64,000 nt of DNA from contig SMSO01000032.1 of the NCBI GenBank assembly GCA_004764695.1, positions 5,798,483 through 5,862,482 on the forward strand, read 5' to 3'. The translations under genes and the position numbers were made by a program. The notes under the pieces are model-generated. The model made no database searches and was not told where the DNA came from. It saw only the letters and a program-made list of their open reading frames with translations. Origin of the DNA: Schizochytrium sp. TIO01. Its lineage: Eukaryota; Protista; Bigyra: Labyrinthulomycetes. The number at the start of each line of letters is the position of its first letter. Position 1 is the stretch's first letter. Below are positions 10,444-19,797 of the stretch, in pieces.

Positions 10444-11379
10444 ATGGCTTCCGAGAATGTTTCCACTGGTACTTCCGTAAACAGCAACATGGCGACTAAC
10501 AACGAGGCTGTGTCAAAGATGATGGCCGCGAATCTTCGAAAGCTGCAAGACGAACTCAAGGCTGAACGCGAGGCTCGTGCTAAGATTGAGAAGGAACGCA
10601 TGGAGCTTGAGGAGAAGTCGAAGGAAGAAATGGCAAACCGACAGAGAATTGAATCAGAGTTCAAGCTGGCTCAGGATCGTCTCGGTTCATACATTGACCG
10701 GGATCGAGAGATGTTGGAGTCCATTTACACGGGTGAGATGCGGCCTGTCATTGATTCTATTGTCAAGGCAGACGAAAAGCTAGCCCTACCTTTCCAGGAC
10801 TTTGACCAGCAGATTCATGAAGATATTGCATCTGCCTTCAACGAAAATAAGAGAAAGAAGTCAACATTCGATGTTGTCCGGGCGATGGCTTCAGCTCACG
10901 CCATGAAGAGTTCGGAACTGGAAAACCTGTTCCAAACAAATCGCAAGTGGGAAGAAGATATGCATCAGATGAAGGTTGAACATGAATCGTTAGCTAACAA
11001 GGCAAAGGAACTGGAGGAAGTAAAGAATAAGGAAATTGAGGATCTCAAGAGCCTACTTGCTGACCTCAAGAAGAAGTACGAGCATAGTCAGGAAAACATC
11101 AACAATACAGAGTCTCATTTTACAGATGATAATGCTATGTCATCTTCATCCTCTTCGTCAACTCCCATTGAGACAGGCATGCCACCCCCTGCTTTTCAGC
11201 AGAGTCAAACCATTATGGCAACTGCCTCTCGAAATCCTACAGCAAGAAGCCGTGGCTATGGCACTCTTTTTGATGTTACTCCAACGAGTGACTGGCGAAA
11301 GTATGCCAGTGGCGACGCCCAATTCAGGATGATGGGCGAGCCTATTGATACTCAACGTAACGATGTATATGAAGGTTAA
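10444..11379 (+). CDS. coiled-coil protein, candidate capsid scaffold
   Basis: Long E/K-rich heptad regions and disordered tail; preceded by the same ATATATGAAAA motif as the MCP. Function is inference. Confidence 0.45.
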   Translation: MASENVSTGTSVNSNMATNNEAVSKMMAANLRKLQDELKAEREARAKIEKERMELEEKSKEEMANRQRIESEFKLAQDRLGSYIDRDREMLESIYTGEMRPVIDSIVKADEKLALPFQDFDQQIHEDIASAFNENKRKKSTFDVVRAMASAHAMKSSELENLFQTNRKWEEDMHQMKVEHESLANKAKELEEVKNKEIEDLKSLLADLKKKYEHSQENINNTESHFTDDNAMSSSSSSSTPIETGMPPPAFQQSQTIMATASRNPTARSRGYGTLFDVTPTSDWRKYASGDAQFRMMGEPIDTQRNDVYEG

Positions 11380-11408
11380 GATATAAGAATAACTTCAATT
11401 TTAAACCG

Positions 11409-12377
11409 ATGGATAATAAACTTGTTTACAATGCAGCGATTGCAGCTTTTGTTGCTTTCTATTTCGCACTTTCTATTGCATCTTGCTTGGCGCTTCTCGG
11501 GAACTACCCAATACCAGCGTACTATTACGCACACTATGGTGATTTCATTGAATTTTCTGTAATGCCCATCTATCCGGTTTTCTTTATGAACGCTCTCGCT
11601 ACTTGCATCCTTTTATTTATTTTCAGTAAAAGAGAACACATAGTTGATATCAAGATTGGTCAATTCAATTGCAACCTTTATCGCTGGGCATTTCACTTCA
11701 TTTCAGACCCAAGCTGTACACTTGTTCTGTTTCTACTTCACGGCGCGTCAGACCTCATCACTATCATTATGAGTTATTTACTCGCATTAACCAAAACCGT
11801 TCTCATGTTTTACTATGAAGAGTATCTGAACCCGACGTACGAATTTAGCCCATATGTTTCACCACACTCCTTTGCGTTGATACTTCAGATTTGCATTACA
11901 TCACTCATGATTCTCAATTTGAGTGCCAATGTACCTGGTGGGCTAAGCAATAGACGTGCAGCACTTTCACTACTCTCTATCATTCCAGACTATTCGGCTG
12001 TGCTTTTACAAAAAATTCACATTCGATTTTCCAGAAAAGACTTGTCGCGACGATTGCAGATTAGTGCCGAGGAAGGTCAATCGTACGGTTTATCCGACGA
12101 TGATGATGACGTCGAATCAGAAAGAGCCAGACAAAAAGAGCCAGATACAGAATCGGACACTTATACGGATCAAGTGGATGAAAATGGACCCGTTAACGGC
12201 CAAGGTCTCGGGCAAAAGCGATTAATAGACCGAGCTCTGGAATCGGATTTTGCGGAAATTCAACGGCATATCATATTCGAAATCTTACGTATTTTCAATA
12301 GTAGTATCACCGTCTGTATTATTACTGGAATCGTTTGTCGTATCTCATCACAGAAATTAACCCTCGACACGATCTGA
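11409..12377 (+). CDS. divergent heliorhodopsin-like 7TM protein lacking retinal Lys
   Basis: NLYRWAFHFISDPSCTLVLFLLHGASDL matches HeR NxxRWxEYSxS...GxxD; long acidic loop before last helix; no SLVAK Lys. Confidence 0.6.
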   Translation: MDNKLVYNAAIAAFVAFYFALSIASCLALLGNYPIPAYYYAHYGDFIEFSVMPIYPVFFMNALATCILLFIFSKREHIVDIKIGQFNCNLYRWAFHFISDPSCTLVLFLLHGASDLITIIMSYLLALTKTVLMFYYEEYLNPTYEFSPYVSPHSFALILQICITSLMILNLSANVPGGLSNRRAALSLLSIIPDYSAVLLQKIHIRFSRKDLSRRLQISAEEGQSYGLSDDDDDVESERARQKEPDTESDTYTDQVDENGPVNGQGLGQKRLIDRALESDFAEIQRHIIFEILRIFNSSITVCIITGIVCRISSQKLTLDTI

Positions 12378-12420
12378 GGTCCAGCAGACCCGTAACTCAA
12401 CTCCGAAAAGAAAACTAAAC

Positions 12421-12882
12421 ATGTCGAACATTACTGAGGACAACGCCTGCACCAGCACCACTCCTGAATCGATGGAGGAACTAGGACGTAAGTTGTATGA
12501 GACCCGTGCTGCCCACCGCCAGTTCAAGCGCGAGAATCGTGATGTTTTTGAAACAAACAAGAATTTCAACACGACCGTGGCGGATCTTCGTGCTCGCCTT
12601 AAGGCACTCATGGTTGAACGTTGCGTTGATGAGTTTGCCGAAGAGGACTTTGAAGTCGAGCTCAAGAAGAAGACATCTGTAAAGCACAATATTGACCGTC
12701 TCAAAGAGCTACTCCAAGAAGGGTCTGACACTAACCAGGCATTTGATACCTATATGAATGATGTAGGAAAGGTGGTTGACGACATTGTTGTGCGCAAGCG
12801 TCGTCGCATCTCTGCCCCTGCCCCTGATACGACCTCTAGTTCTGACGAGGAAGAAGCCGTTGAGGGAAAAACCGAAGAGTAA
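12421..12882 (+). CDS. coiled-coil protein similar to a giant-virus conserved family (DUF5760-like)
   Basis: LRARLKALMVERCVDEF...VELKKKTSVK pattern; class-E-like motif CAGCAGACCCGTAA at 12382-12395. Confidence 0.5.
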   Translation: MSNITEDNACTSTTPESMEELGRKLYETRAAHRQFKRENRDVFETNKNFNTTVADLRARLKALMVERCVDEFAEEDFEVELKKKTSVKHNIDRLKELLQEGSDTNQAFDTYMNDVGKVVDDIVVRKRRRISAPAPDTTSSSDEEEAVEGKTEE

Positions 12883-13184
12883 TGAAACGTAAATTTTCTA
12901 AAATAGATTCAACATCTAGTCCCATACTTTATAAAAAACAATGTCACTTGAATGATCTATTTCCTCAACGTCACCCATCTGCGTGGAAGTGTGCTAAAAA
13001 AAAGATACCGATACGATTAGAATCGGTGAAAGAGACTATTATCATGGACGGGGGTACGCCCGAACTAGCACATCTGACAGGACTTTTCTATTACAACATC
13101 CATAATACTATTCTAAAAGGCAAGTCCATACAATTCAAAAATCAATTATACTCAGTCTGCTATAATATAAACGTGTTTACATAA
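12882..13184 (+). CDS. hypothetical protein (weak TFIIS central-domain resemblance)
   Basis: 100-aa ORF, TAATG-coupled to upstream gene; QFKNQLYSVCYNI resembles TFIIS_M YKxKxRSxxFNL. Confidence 0.4.
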   Translation: MKRKFSKIDSTSSPILYKKQCHLNDLFPQRHPSAWKCAKKKIPIRLESVKETIIMDGGTPELAHLTGLFYYNIHNTILKGKSIQFKNQLYSVCYNINVFT

Positions 13185-13355
13185 AGTACAGGTCACAAAT
13201 AAAGTCACAGTCTCATCCGCACTCCTCGTTGCCATCTCTGCAACGCGGACCTTGTGTGAACCGCATTTGGGGTTTTCGCATCGAACAACTGTTCGTGTGT
13301 CATGTTCTTTGTGGCCCATATAAAGAACCCTACTATAAATGTTATCTGGATCCAT
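13152..13355 (-). CDS. TFIIS/RPA12/RPC11-type C-terminal zinc ribbon (transcript cleavage factor)
   Basis: CENPKCG...MATRSADE.VTLFVTCTLC; acidic DE hairpin intact. Confidence 0.85.
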   Translation of the reverse strand: MDPDNIYSRVLYMGHKEHDTRTVVRCENPKCGSHKVRVAEMATRSADETVTLFVTCTLCKHVYIIAD

Positions 13356-13361
13356 ACTTTA

Positions 13362-13697
13362 TTAATTGATTCCAGGCTTGATTTTCTTAATATATTCAAA
13401 TACAGAATTGCAACAACGACAAAAGAGAACAAGGTCTGACCTCCCCTGAACAACTTCCTCTCCTAAGATATGAGAACATTCGGCAGGATTTGGTTGTCCC
13501 TCTATAAAGCTACCACTATATAATTCCTTACCATTTTCTAGAAAAAGTGTTCCGACTCCATGAGGAACAGGCTGGGCCGTGAGCGTTTGTCCAGTATAGA
13601 TAATAGCACCTGAAGTAGAATATACAACGGCGTAATTGGGATTCTGAAAGTGCCAGTCCAATTCGGCTAGATCAAAGTGCAAGTAGTTGATGCGCAT
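13362..13697 (-). CDS. MORN-repeat-like protein
   Basis: YTGQ...PHGVGTLFLENGKELYSGSFIEGQP. Confidence 0.65.
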   Translation of the reverse strand: MRINYLHFDLAELDWHFQNPNYAVVYSTSGAIIYTGQTLTAQPVPHGVGTLFLENGKELYSGSFIEGQPNPAECSHILGEEVVQGRSDLVLFCRCCNSVFEYIKKIKPGIN

Positions 13698-13746
13698 ACT
13701 CTTCTCATAGGATTATTCATAATTGAATGAAATTGATATATAACGT

Positions 13747-13760
13747 CAGCAAATCCCTAA
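13747..13760 (+). promoter_or_regulatory. class-E upstream motif CAGCAAATCCCTAA
   Basis: 21 nt before arginase ATG; identical 14-mer at 33391, 33419 and (minus strand) 36792-36805. Confidence 0.65.
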
Positions 13761-13781
13761 TTATTCGTGAGTCATCACATC

Positions 13782-14672
13782 ATGATTTCCACTTTCACGA
13801 AGCGTCTCGCGCTAAATTACGAACACCATTCTAATCATGTAAATGTCATTTTGAACAATTCCAATGCAGGACAGCATCACCATGAAGTGAAGCGCGGTGG
13901 AGAGCTACTTTTCGAAAAGCTCTCTCAAAAAATGCAAAAGGTTTCTTTCGTGGAGCAGGACAAGGTTTTTCACCCCAATGATCTCATTGCTACAACTCAG
14001 TACTTTGAAGAAAAGTTTTTTCAAAACACCAATAACACAAATCCACTTATTATTGCTGGTGGAGATCACTATTCTACAGTACCTCTTGTAGCTGGCTTTC
14101 TGAAATCGGGTATTTCCAAAAACCCGGGTGTGCTTTGGATCGATGCTCATCCGGACATGAACACCAAGAGCAGCTCTCCGAGCGGGAACCGCCATGGTAT
14201 GAGCGTTGCTTATCTCATGGGACTAGAACTTAGCCATAGTCTCCTCACTACAGGACAATTTCTCAAACCAGAGAATATCGCTTTCGTTGGTCTTCGGAGC
14301 ATTGATCCTTTCGAGCGTAGAGCACTGGACGACCTCGGGATAATGTACTTTGGACCCGAGGCAATCAACCCATTCAACTTCCAAAATACAATCCGACAAC
14401 TCTCCAGAAAGTTTTCGGACATTGATGGTTTACATGTCTCGTTCGACATCGATGTCCTTGATCCCACAATTATCAAGTCAACTGGAACACCTGTAGCAAA
14501 CGGGTGCGCAGCTAGTGATCTTTTTGCACTATCCGACTTTATCAATGGAGCTTTTCACCACAAACTGAAGAGTGTAGATATTGTGGAGTTCTTACCCGGT
14601 GATGATGGATACAAGACTTATCAAGAAGCCGACTTGGTCAGTAATATTTTAGTTAATATGGTTTATCAATAA
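13782..14672 (+). CDS. arginase (ureohydrolase family)
   Basis: GGDHYS, WIDAHPDMNT, SPSGNRHGM, SFDIDVLDP, TGTP and DIVE Mn-binding/catalytic motifs all present. Confidence 0.93.
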   Translation: MISTFTKRLALNYEHHSNHVNVILNNSNAGQHHHEVKRGGELLFEKLSQKMQKVSFVEQDKVFHPNDLIATTQYFEEKFFQNTNNTNPLIIAGGDHYSTVPLVAGFLKSGISKNPGVLWIDAHPDMNTKSSSPSGNRHGMSVAYLMGLELSHSLLTTGQFLKPENIAFVGLRSIDPFERRALDDLGIMYFGPEAINPFNFQNTIRQLSRKFSDIDGLHVSFDIDVLDPTIIKSTGTPVANGCAASDLFALSDFINGAFHHKLKSVDIVEFLPGDDGYKTYQEADLVSNILVNMVYQ

Positions 14673-14683
14673 ATTCATTTTAA

Positions 14684-17401
14684 TTATTGTCTCGTACTGT
14701 TAGAATAACTTACCTGCCTGACAGGCGCATAGTGACCTGCTGTACGACTCAAATGGATACCATCGTAACAATAGATACCCAAATGACCAGTATTAGGGCT
14801 GACGCGCGAAAAGTTAGGGCCATATTCATAGTGACCACGGAAACAGATACTGTTTGCACGGTAAGTCATTGCCTCATAATCGGCATATTGTGATAGGGGC
14901 GTTGAAAGGCTTGTCTCATCAATGCTCAGGAGCTGACTGTAATATTGATAAGTAGAGAAGAACGGTGAGAGTGGAGAGGCATCCACATTATTCTTTAGGT
15001 TATTATGCATACCACGAATATCAATCGTAGTATGACGAGACGGATTCTCGTTTGCAGGAATCATATAACAGAGGATTGAGTTCTTACTCTCAAAAAGCCC
15101 ACCTTGACCTTGAACCTCTTCGAGATCAGTTCGATTGATAAATGTACAATCATTACCCTTTACATATGAATTGATGAAAACATTTGGTGCAACAGTAACC
15201 AGCTTCTTGTTCTTTACGTAGCTCTTACCATGATACACAAAGGTACCCAGGATCATTCGATCTCCAGCTGTCTGAGAAAGATTAAATGAAGTGTTACCAA
15301 TAATAGTTTCTCCGAGTTCTGTTCCTCCCTTACAAAAGATGGTAGAACTCACGTTCATTGTAATATAGGGGCGACATAAAAGAAAGTTCACAGGAATAAA
15401 AATGTTACGGGAGTGCATGTTTACCAAAGTCTCTCGGTTGATAGGAGACAAAAGCCAAATGAAGGTAAGAATACGCTTAAATAGTGACATGCGTCTCATA
15501 ATACTACCCAACTCGATTGCACGTTCCCTGTTCATATTAAGATTGCGGGCAAATGCACTGGCCCACAAATTATTTTGAAATTGCTCAGAACGTGTTTCAT
15601 CATCACGTACAATATACATCACCATACGGAGGGGGTCAATTCTGATATTACCATTGTTACGCTGTTCAAGCGGTGCATAAAATCTATACATCATGTCAAC
15701 ATCATTCTGATTGGCATTGGCGGGTGGTTGATCTCGAAACGGAATACCGATATCATTCTGAAAACTATATTCGGTACTACCAGTAAGGATACAATCGTTA
15801 ACATCAAACACCCCGAGACCTTGAATGGTTCCTACAAGCTCATCTACGAACTTCATAAGGATCCTGTTATTCGACTTGATAACTCTATACTTGATATCGT
15901 CGTAACCTTGTTCATTATGAAGAATAGTAGCACCGGACTCAGCTACAATAGGTTCATTCGTAAAATAATAGCTATCCAAATGTTCCACAACAGAATTCAA
16001 ATCGTCAATGCTAGTTCCACAATTACCAATGTGTATCAACGAGTTACTTACACGAATTAAAAGGTCACGTGTTAGCACATCACGGCGGACATTGCACCAT
16101 CGATGGGCAACTGCTTGCTGTACGCCACCACCTTGAGTGGGGTACGAGTACTTGAACATATCATTACGCACAGCCATATGTTTGTCCTCATTTAGATGAC
16201 CAACACCATTGATATCATCTTCCCACCGGAGGCAGTTCCTGATCATGTCCTTAAATTGAACAGTAGCCATAACACCATGTTTTTCATTGAAAATGCGAAT
16301 ATTTCTACTGTTACCGCGATACTTGTCAAAGTCACAAGCGTCGTCATAAACACTGTCAATTTCAGCCGGGTAAAATTCTCCAATCATCTTCGGAACTGTA
16401 AGGAGATCAACCGTTTCCTCACCAGAGTTACCCGTGGTGGGCCGATAAAGGTGCATGTCTACGACCTTCATTCCCTGAATCTCACGTTCGCGATAGGCAC
16501 TACTAGTGGGACCGATCTCCGCTGCACTTGCGCGATTCTGGAGAGCCTCTCCTCCAGCACTTGAATAATTCCAGAGATCGGGGTTACGGGAGTAGTAGTA
16601 ATTCATCATCATCGGAGGTACAATCAAGTAGTCCGGTGCGCTACCGTTGCGTTGCATCATGGTGCGCACATTGGTAACCATGCTTGAGAAACCGATCGAA
16701 CCCTCTGATTTATTGACAAGTCCAAAGAAAAACACCTCGTTCCTCAAACGTTCATCGAATGATGCACCAGTCTGGTTGTAGTTACCATAAAGATTATACG
16801 GCGCATTCATTCCATCTGCATCACGATCGGTCCTGGTTGAAGTTTGAAGGAGAGTAATCATCGCATCAAACTCACATGTCCTCTGAACAATGGCAGCTAG
16901 ATGCATAATCTTTTGCCTGAACTCCTCCTTACCAGCGTCTGTGTTGTAAAACCCAGCCTCAATGCGAAGTCCTGCACCACGGCGTTCTGCAGTAGCACTT
17001 CCCTTACTACGATTGTGGGTGAAAATGGGGGGCACACCTTCCATTGCGAGACGGGGTGCTACACCAGGACTGAAAGAAAGCTGCATCCACTCTACACGAA
17101 TAGACTCGTGAGGGCCGAGCTCTCGAACTGGGAGAATATCATTCAATAAGACTGACCGATAGCCTTCCAAGAGAAGGCCTCGAATCTGTGTGTCAACAAC
17201 TCTAGGTGCCTTACTCAACAAATACTCTGTCAAATCAGAGTACGCACGACTTTGATTATACACCAGATCATTCTTCACAACGTCAGGAATCTTTCCGAAC
17301 AACTGCTCAATGTTGTTGATCTCGTCGTCCAACTGACGTGAGAAGAACTCCTCGCGGTTCCTCACTTGAACAGGGTCACCTGCAACTCGCACTCCAGCCA
17401 T
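14684..17401 (-). CDS. HK97-fold major capsid protein (mirusvirus-type, with tower-like insertion)
   Basis: 905 aa; E-loop-like region (RVEWMQLSF...MEGVPP...ERRGAGLRIE) followed by a long spine helix; A-domain-like PDYLIVPP; large central insertion; portal and triplex genes nearby. Confidence 0.8.
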   Translation of the reverse strand: MAGVRVAGDPVQVRNREEFFSRQLDDEINNIEQLFGKIPDVVKNDLVYNQSRAYSDLTEYLLSKAPRVVDTQIRGLLLEGYRSVLLNDILPVRELGPHESIRVEWMQLSFSPGVAPRLAMEGVPPIFTHNRSKGSATAERRGAGLRIEAGFYNTDAGKEEFRQKIMHLAAIVQRTCEFDAMITLLQTSTRTDRDADGMNAPYNLYGNYNQTGASFDERLRNEVFFFGLVNKSEGSIGFSSMVTNVRTMMQRNGSAPDYLIVPPMMMNYYYSRNPDLWNYSSAGGEALQNRASAAEIGPTSSAYREREIQGMKVVDMHLYRPTTGNSGEETVDLLTVPKMIGEFYPAEIDSVYDDACDFDKYRGNSRNIRIFNEKHGVMATVQFKDMIRNCLRWEDDINGVGHLNEDKHMAVRNDMFKYSYPTQGGGVQQAVAHRWCNVRRDVLTRDLLIRVSNSLIHIGNCGTSIDDLNSVVEHLDSYYFTNEPIVAESGATILHNEQGYDDIKYRVIKSNNRILMKFVDELVGTIQGLGVFDVNDCILTGSTEYSFQNDIGIPFRDQPPANANQNDVDMMYRFYAPLEQRNNGNIRIDPLRMVMYIVRDDETRSEQFQNNLWASAFARNLNMNRERAIELGSIMRRMSLFKRILTFIWLLSPINRETLVNMHSRNIFIPVNFLLCRPYITMNVSSTIFCKGGTELGETIIGNTSFNLSQTAGDRMILGTFVYHGKSYVKNKKLVTVAPNVFINSYVKGNDCTFINRTDLEEVQGQGGLFESKNSILCYMIPANENPSRHTTIDIRGMHNNLKNNVDASPLSPFFSTYQYYSQLLSIDETSLSTPLSQYADYEAMTYRANSICFRGHYEYGPNFSRVSPNTGHLGIYCYDGIHLSRTAGHYAPVRQVSYSNSTRQ

Positions 17402-17449
17402 TGGTGTTGTTAATTACTATCTCTCGACAATTCGTACCTGGAACATCTA

Positions 17450-17461
17450 TTTTCATATATG
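17450..17461 (-). promoter_or_regulatory. class-L (putative late) motif CATATATGAAAA
   Basis: 48 nt upstream of MCP ATG; 11/12 identical to the motif before both triplex genes. Confidence 0.6.
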
Positions 17462-17466
17462 CTTTT

Positions 17467-17862
17467 TCAAACAAATACGACCTTACCGGACCGTTTGATT
17501 CTAATCTGACTACGGACAATCTCACCACTGGTGAGTTTCTCACAGACTTCACACCAGTTACGAGAGGATCCATCTCCAGAGCAACTATATACCGGAAGCC
17601 TCCAGAACTCCAAGTTGGGATAAAATATTTCTAGGAATTCAACGAAGAGACACGCTTCATTCATACACTTGAGTTCACTACCATCTTGAACCAAAGACTG
17701 AGCACTTTCAGTCATCTGCACATCATCGTCGTCATCAGTAGATTTACTTAGACATACTGTGCTCTTTTGTTGAATCAATGCATCAAGTTTATGTAGAAAA
17801 TCTCTGATCAAAGCAGGCTTGGCATTTGCACGATTTGGTGGTTTCTTAGGTACAAGAATCAT
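17467..17862 (-). CDS. hypothetical protein with Cys pairs
   Basis: 131-aa ATG ORF, CMNEAC...CEVC. Confidence 0.55.
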   Translation of the reverse strand: MILVPKKPPNRANAKPALIRDFLHKLDALIQQKSTVCLSKSTDDDDDVQMTESAQSLVQDGSELKCMNEACLFVEFLEIFYPNLEFWRLPVYSCSGDGSSRNWCEVCEKLTSGEIVRSQIRIKRSGKVVFV

Positions 17863-17913
17863 GGATTGGTAGCCATATGTTTTTTAAAATTTATTTTATA
17901 TTCATATAATATT

Positions 17914-18315
17914 CTAGTAATCTTTATTTGCTCGTTTAGATGCTTTCGCTTTCGCTTCCTTATATTCTTCCGTCTTTGAAACAATTATTCCTAACATACT
18001 AAGGTAAAGATGATAAGACGGCATGTGCCGGTTCGGAAGCGTGAGAACACCCTGTGCTAGGTACCTATCGAAAAACTTGACACGTAAGAATGGAGCAAAT
18101 ATCTCAGTATCAAGCGGACCCAAACCAGCTTTACGAATCAACTCAATGTCATTCATGTCCCAGTCACTAACAAAATAACTGTGCGGTACCAGTTCATCAT
18201 AGTAGATACGCTGCAGCGTGGATTTTTGTTCATCTGACACGGCCGATATGTAGTCTTGGAGATACCGCACCACAACTTGTACCTGCTCAATACCTAATTC
18301 GAACCTATCATTCAT
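17914..18315 (-). CDS. hypothetical protein
   Basis: 133-aa ATG ORF with no competing frame. Confidence 0.6.
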   Translation of the reverse strand: MNDRFELGIEQVQVVVRYLQDYISAVSDEQKSTLQRIYYDELVPHSYFVSDWDMNDIELIRKAGLGPLDTEIFAPFLRVKFFDRYLAQGVLTLPNRHMPSYHLYLSMLGIIVSKTEEYKEAKAKASKRANKDY

Positions 18316-18368
18316 AGTGGTGCAATTGATGAACTCTCAATTATGATTTGATGGGCCTCCACGAATAA

Positions 18369-18380
18369 CATATATTAAAA
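18369..18380 (+). promoter_or_regulatory. class-L motif CATATATTAAAA
   Basis: 43 nt upstream of ATG 18424; identical 12-mer upstream of the other triplex gene. Confidence 0.65.
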
Positions 18381-18423
18381 AAGAAGAGACATGGAGAGTT
18401 GAAAAAAAGTTAACAAAAGAAAG

Positions 18424-19368
18424 ATGCCGAACCTTCTTTTTAATCATACTAATGCGATCAACCTCAATTCCCCCGAACTCGTCCCCTATGGGTTCAACCC
18501 TCTACCTCCTGATTCGAAGCGCTTGCGTTCAGATATGGGACCGTATCCCGGTGATACACCGTATCTCACTGATCGTATCCCATCTAGCTTTGATCAGGTT
18601 AACATGTATGATTATGATAGGGTCAATGGACGTGTTCAGATTACACTACAATCCAGAACCCGTGATCAAAAGTATGTCAATAAGTATCAGTTCGCTTTCA
18701 TTGATGCAACAAATGAAAACAAGGCTCAACTTATCTCACTGTCCCAACTCAATCAGAAACTGGCAACCAGCGTTGAGTGTGTGAATATGGACCTGAATAG
18801 TGTTTTACATAATTTTCGCTTATTTGGATTAATCTCTAACAATGACACTGATATCCAAGATGAAGCAACCATGGATCGTGGACCTAGAGCTACCACTGTA
18901 ACAACTTGGGGGTCGGGACATGTATATGACTACTGGTCCTCAAATGAGCGTATGCTCAGACCATATGATGCCTGTTACTTCATCCTAAAGCGTGTGAAAC
19001 TTGATCCTACATTCAGTTATCAAACTGATTTGACAGTCACCACCCACAATACAGGCAAGATGATTCCAGCGGATGCACACAATGCATTTGTTTGGCAGGT
19101 GGTTCCTTATTCCACGAACAAGGAGGTATTGGACAGTAGTCTATACACTACCACCCACAAGACACCGACTAGTACCGTTACCTACGTAGGTACTTATTGG
19201 AAACTTGGTCATGCTCACGAGTATGCGGAAATCGCTCGAAAGGATGCCATGTCCATTCGCAAGACTCCAATGGATGTTGCCAGAGACGTTTCCTTCCTCC
19301 ATATGAGTGGCCTCTCACGCCCCTTGCAATTCTACATGCGCATTGAGCAACCTAAGTTTCTCCCTTAA
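18424..19368 (+). CDS. putative capsid triplex subunit
   Basis: Beta-rich TVTTWGSGHVYDYW...PYDACYFILK...YWKLGHA, reminiscent of beta-tulip/triplex folds; size, position near MCP and shared promoter motif. Confidence 0.5.
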   Translation: MPNLLFNHTNAINLNSPELVPYGFNPLPPDSKRLRSDMGPYPGDTPYLTDRIPSSFDQVNMYDYDRVNGRVQITLQSRTRDQKYVNKYQFAFIDATNENKAQLISLSQLNQKLATSVECVNMDLNSVLHNFRLFGLISNNDTDIQDEATMDRGPRATTVTTWGSGHVYDYWSSNERMLRPYDACYFILKRVKLDPTFSYQTDLTVTTHNTGKMIPADAHNAFVWQVVPYSTNKEVLDSSLYTTTHKTPTSTVTYVGTYWKLGHAHEYAEIARKDAMSIRKTPMDVARDVSFLHMSGLSRPLQFYMRIEQPKFLP

Positions 19369-19387
19369 TTTGTTTAAACGATTAATT

Positions 19388-19762
19388 TTATCCAAATACA
19401 CTTTCTTCTACAATTTCAATATGCAAGAAACCATCAGCACACGCATATTGACTAGCTAGGGTCTCAAACGTACTTGATGCAGGCGCCAAGATAGACGCGT
19501 TCGTATCAAGTTTAATCATACATAACAACCCAGACGAGGCTGTGAATCGTTTTTTCGCACGAAATCGAACCATGAAAGTTGCGATTGTTGCATTCTTGTG
19601 CACGATTAGATTTCGACGCTCTCCCCCATGCCGTGCCAGAACAGGTACATGGTTGGGTTTTGTTGCCCTCAAGTACTTTCCAGCACGTAAGAGTAATTCT
19701 TCATTGTCTTGGTCAAACATTTCGAGTTTGCTTCTATACTCATTATAACTATATGATAACAT
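19388..19762 (-). CDS. ATG8: ATG8/LC3/GABARAP-like ubiquitin-fold protein
   Basis: KPNHVPVL (cf. YPDRIPVI), LIVHKNATIATF (cf. YLVPxDLTVGQF), DGFLHI...ESVFG-stop. Confidence 0.85.
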   Translation of the reverse strand: MLSYSYNEYRSKLEMFDQDNEELLLRAGKYLRATKPNHVPVLARHGGERRNLIVHKNATIATFMVRFRAKKRFTASSGLLCMIKLDTNASILAPASSTFETLASQYACADGFLHIEIVEESVFG

Positions 19763-19797
19763 ATAATATTATAATTATCGCATATTACTCAATATTC

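Noticed and set aside
15575-17149. Antisense and alternative-frame ORFs inside the MCP and other long genes (e.g. 32932-33432, 35254-35751, 12357-12731)
   Set aside because: Shadow ORFs fully overlapping well-supported genes, with no motifs
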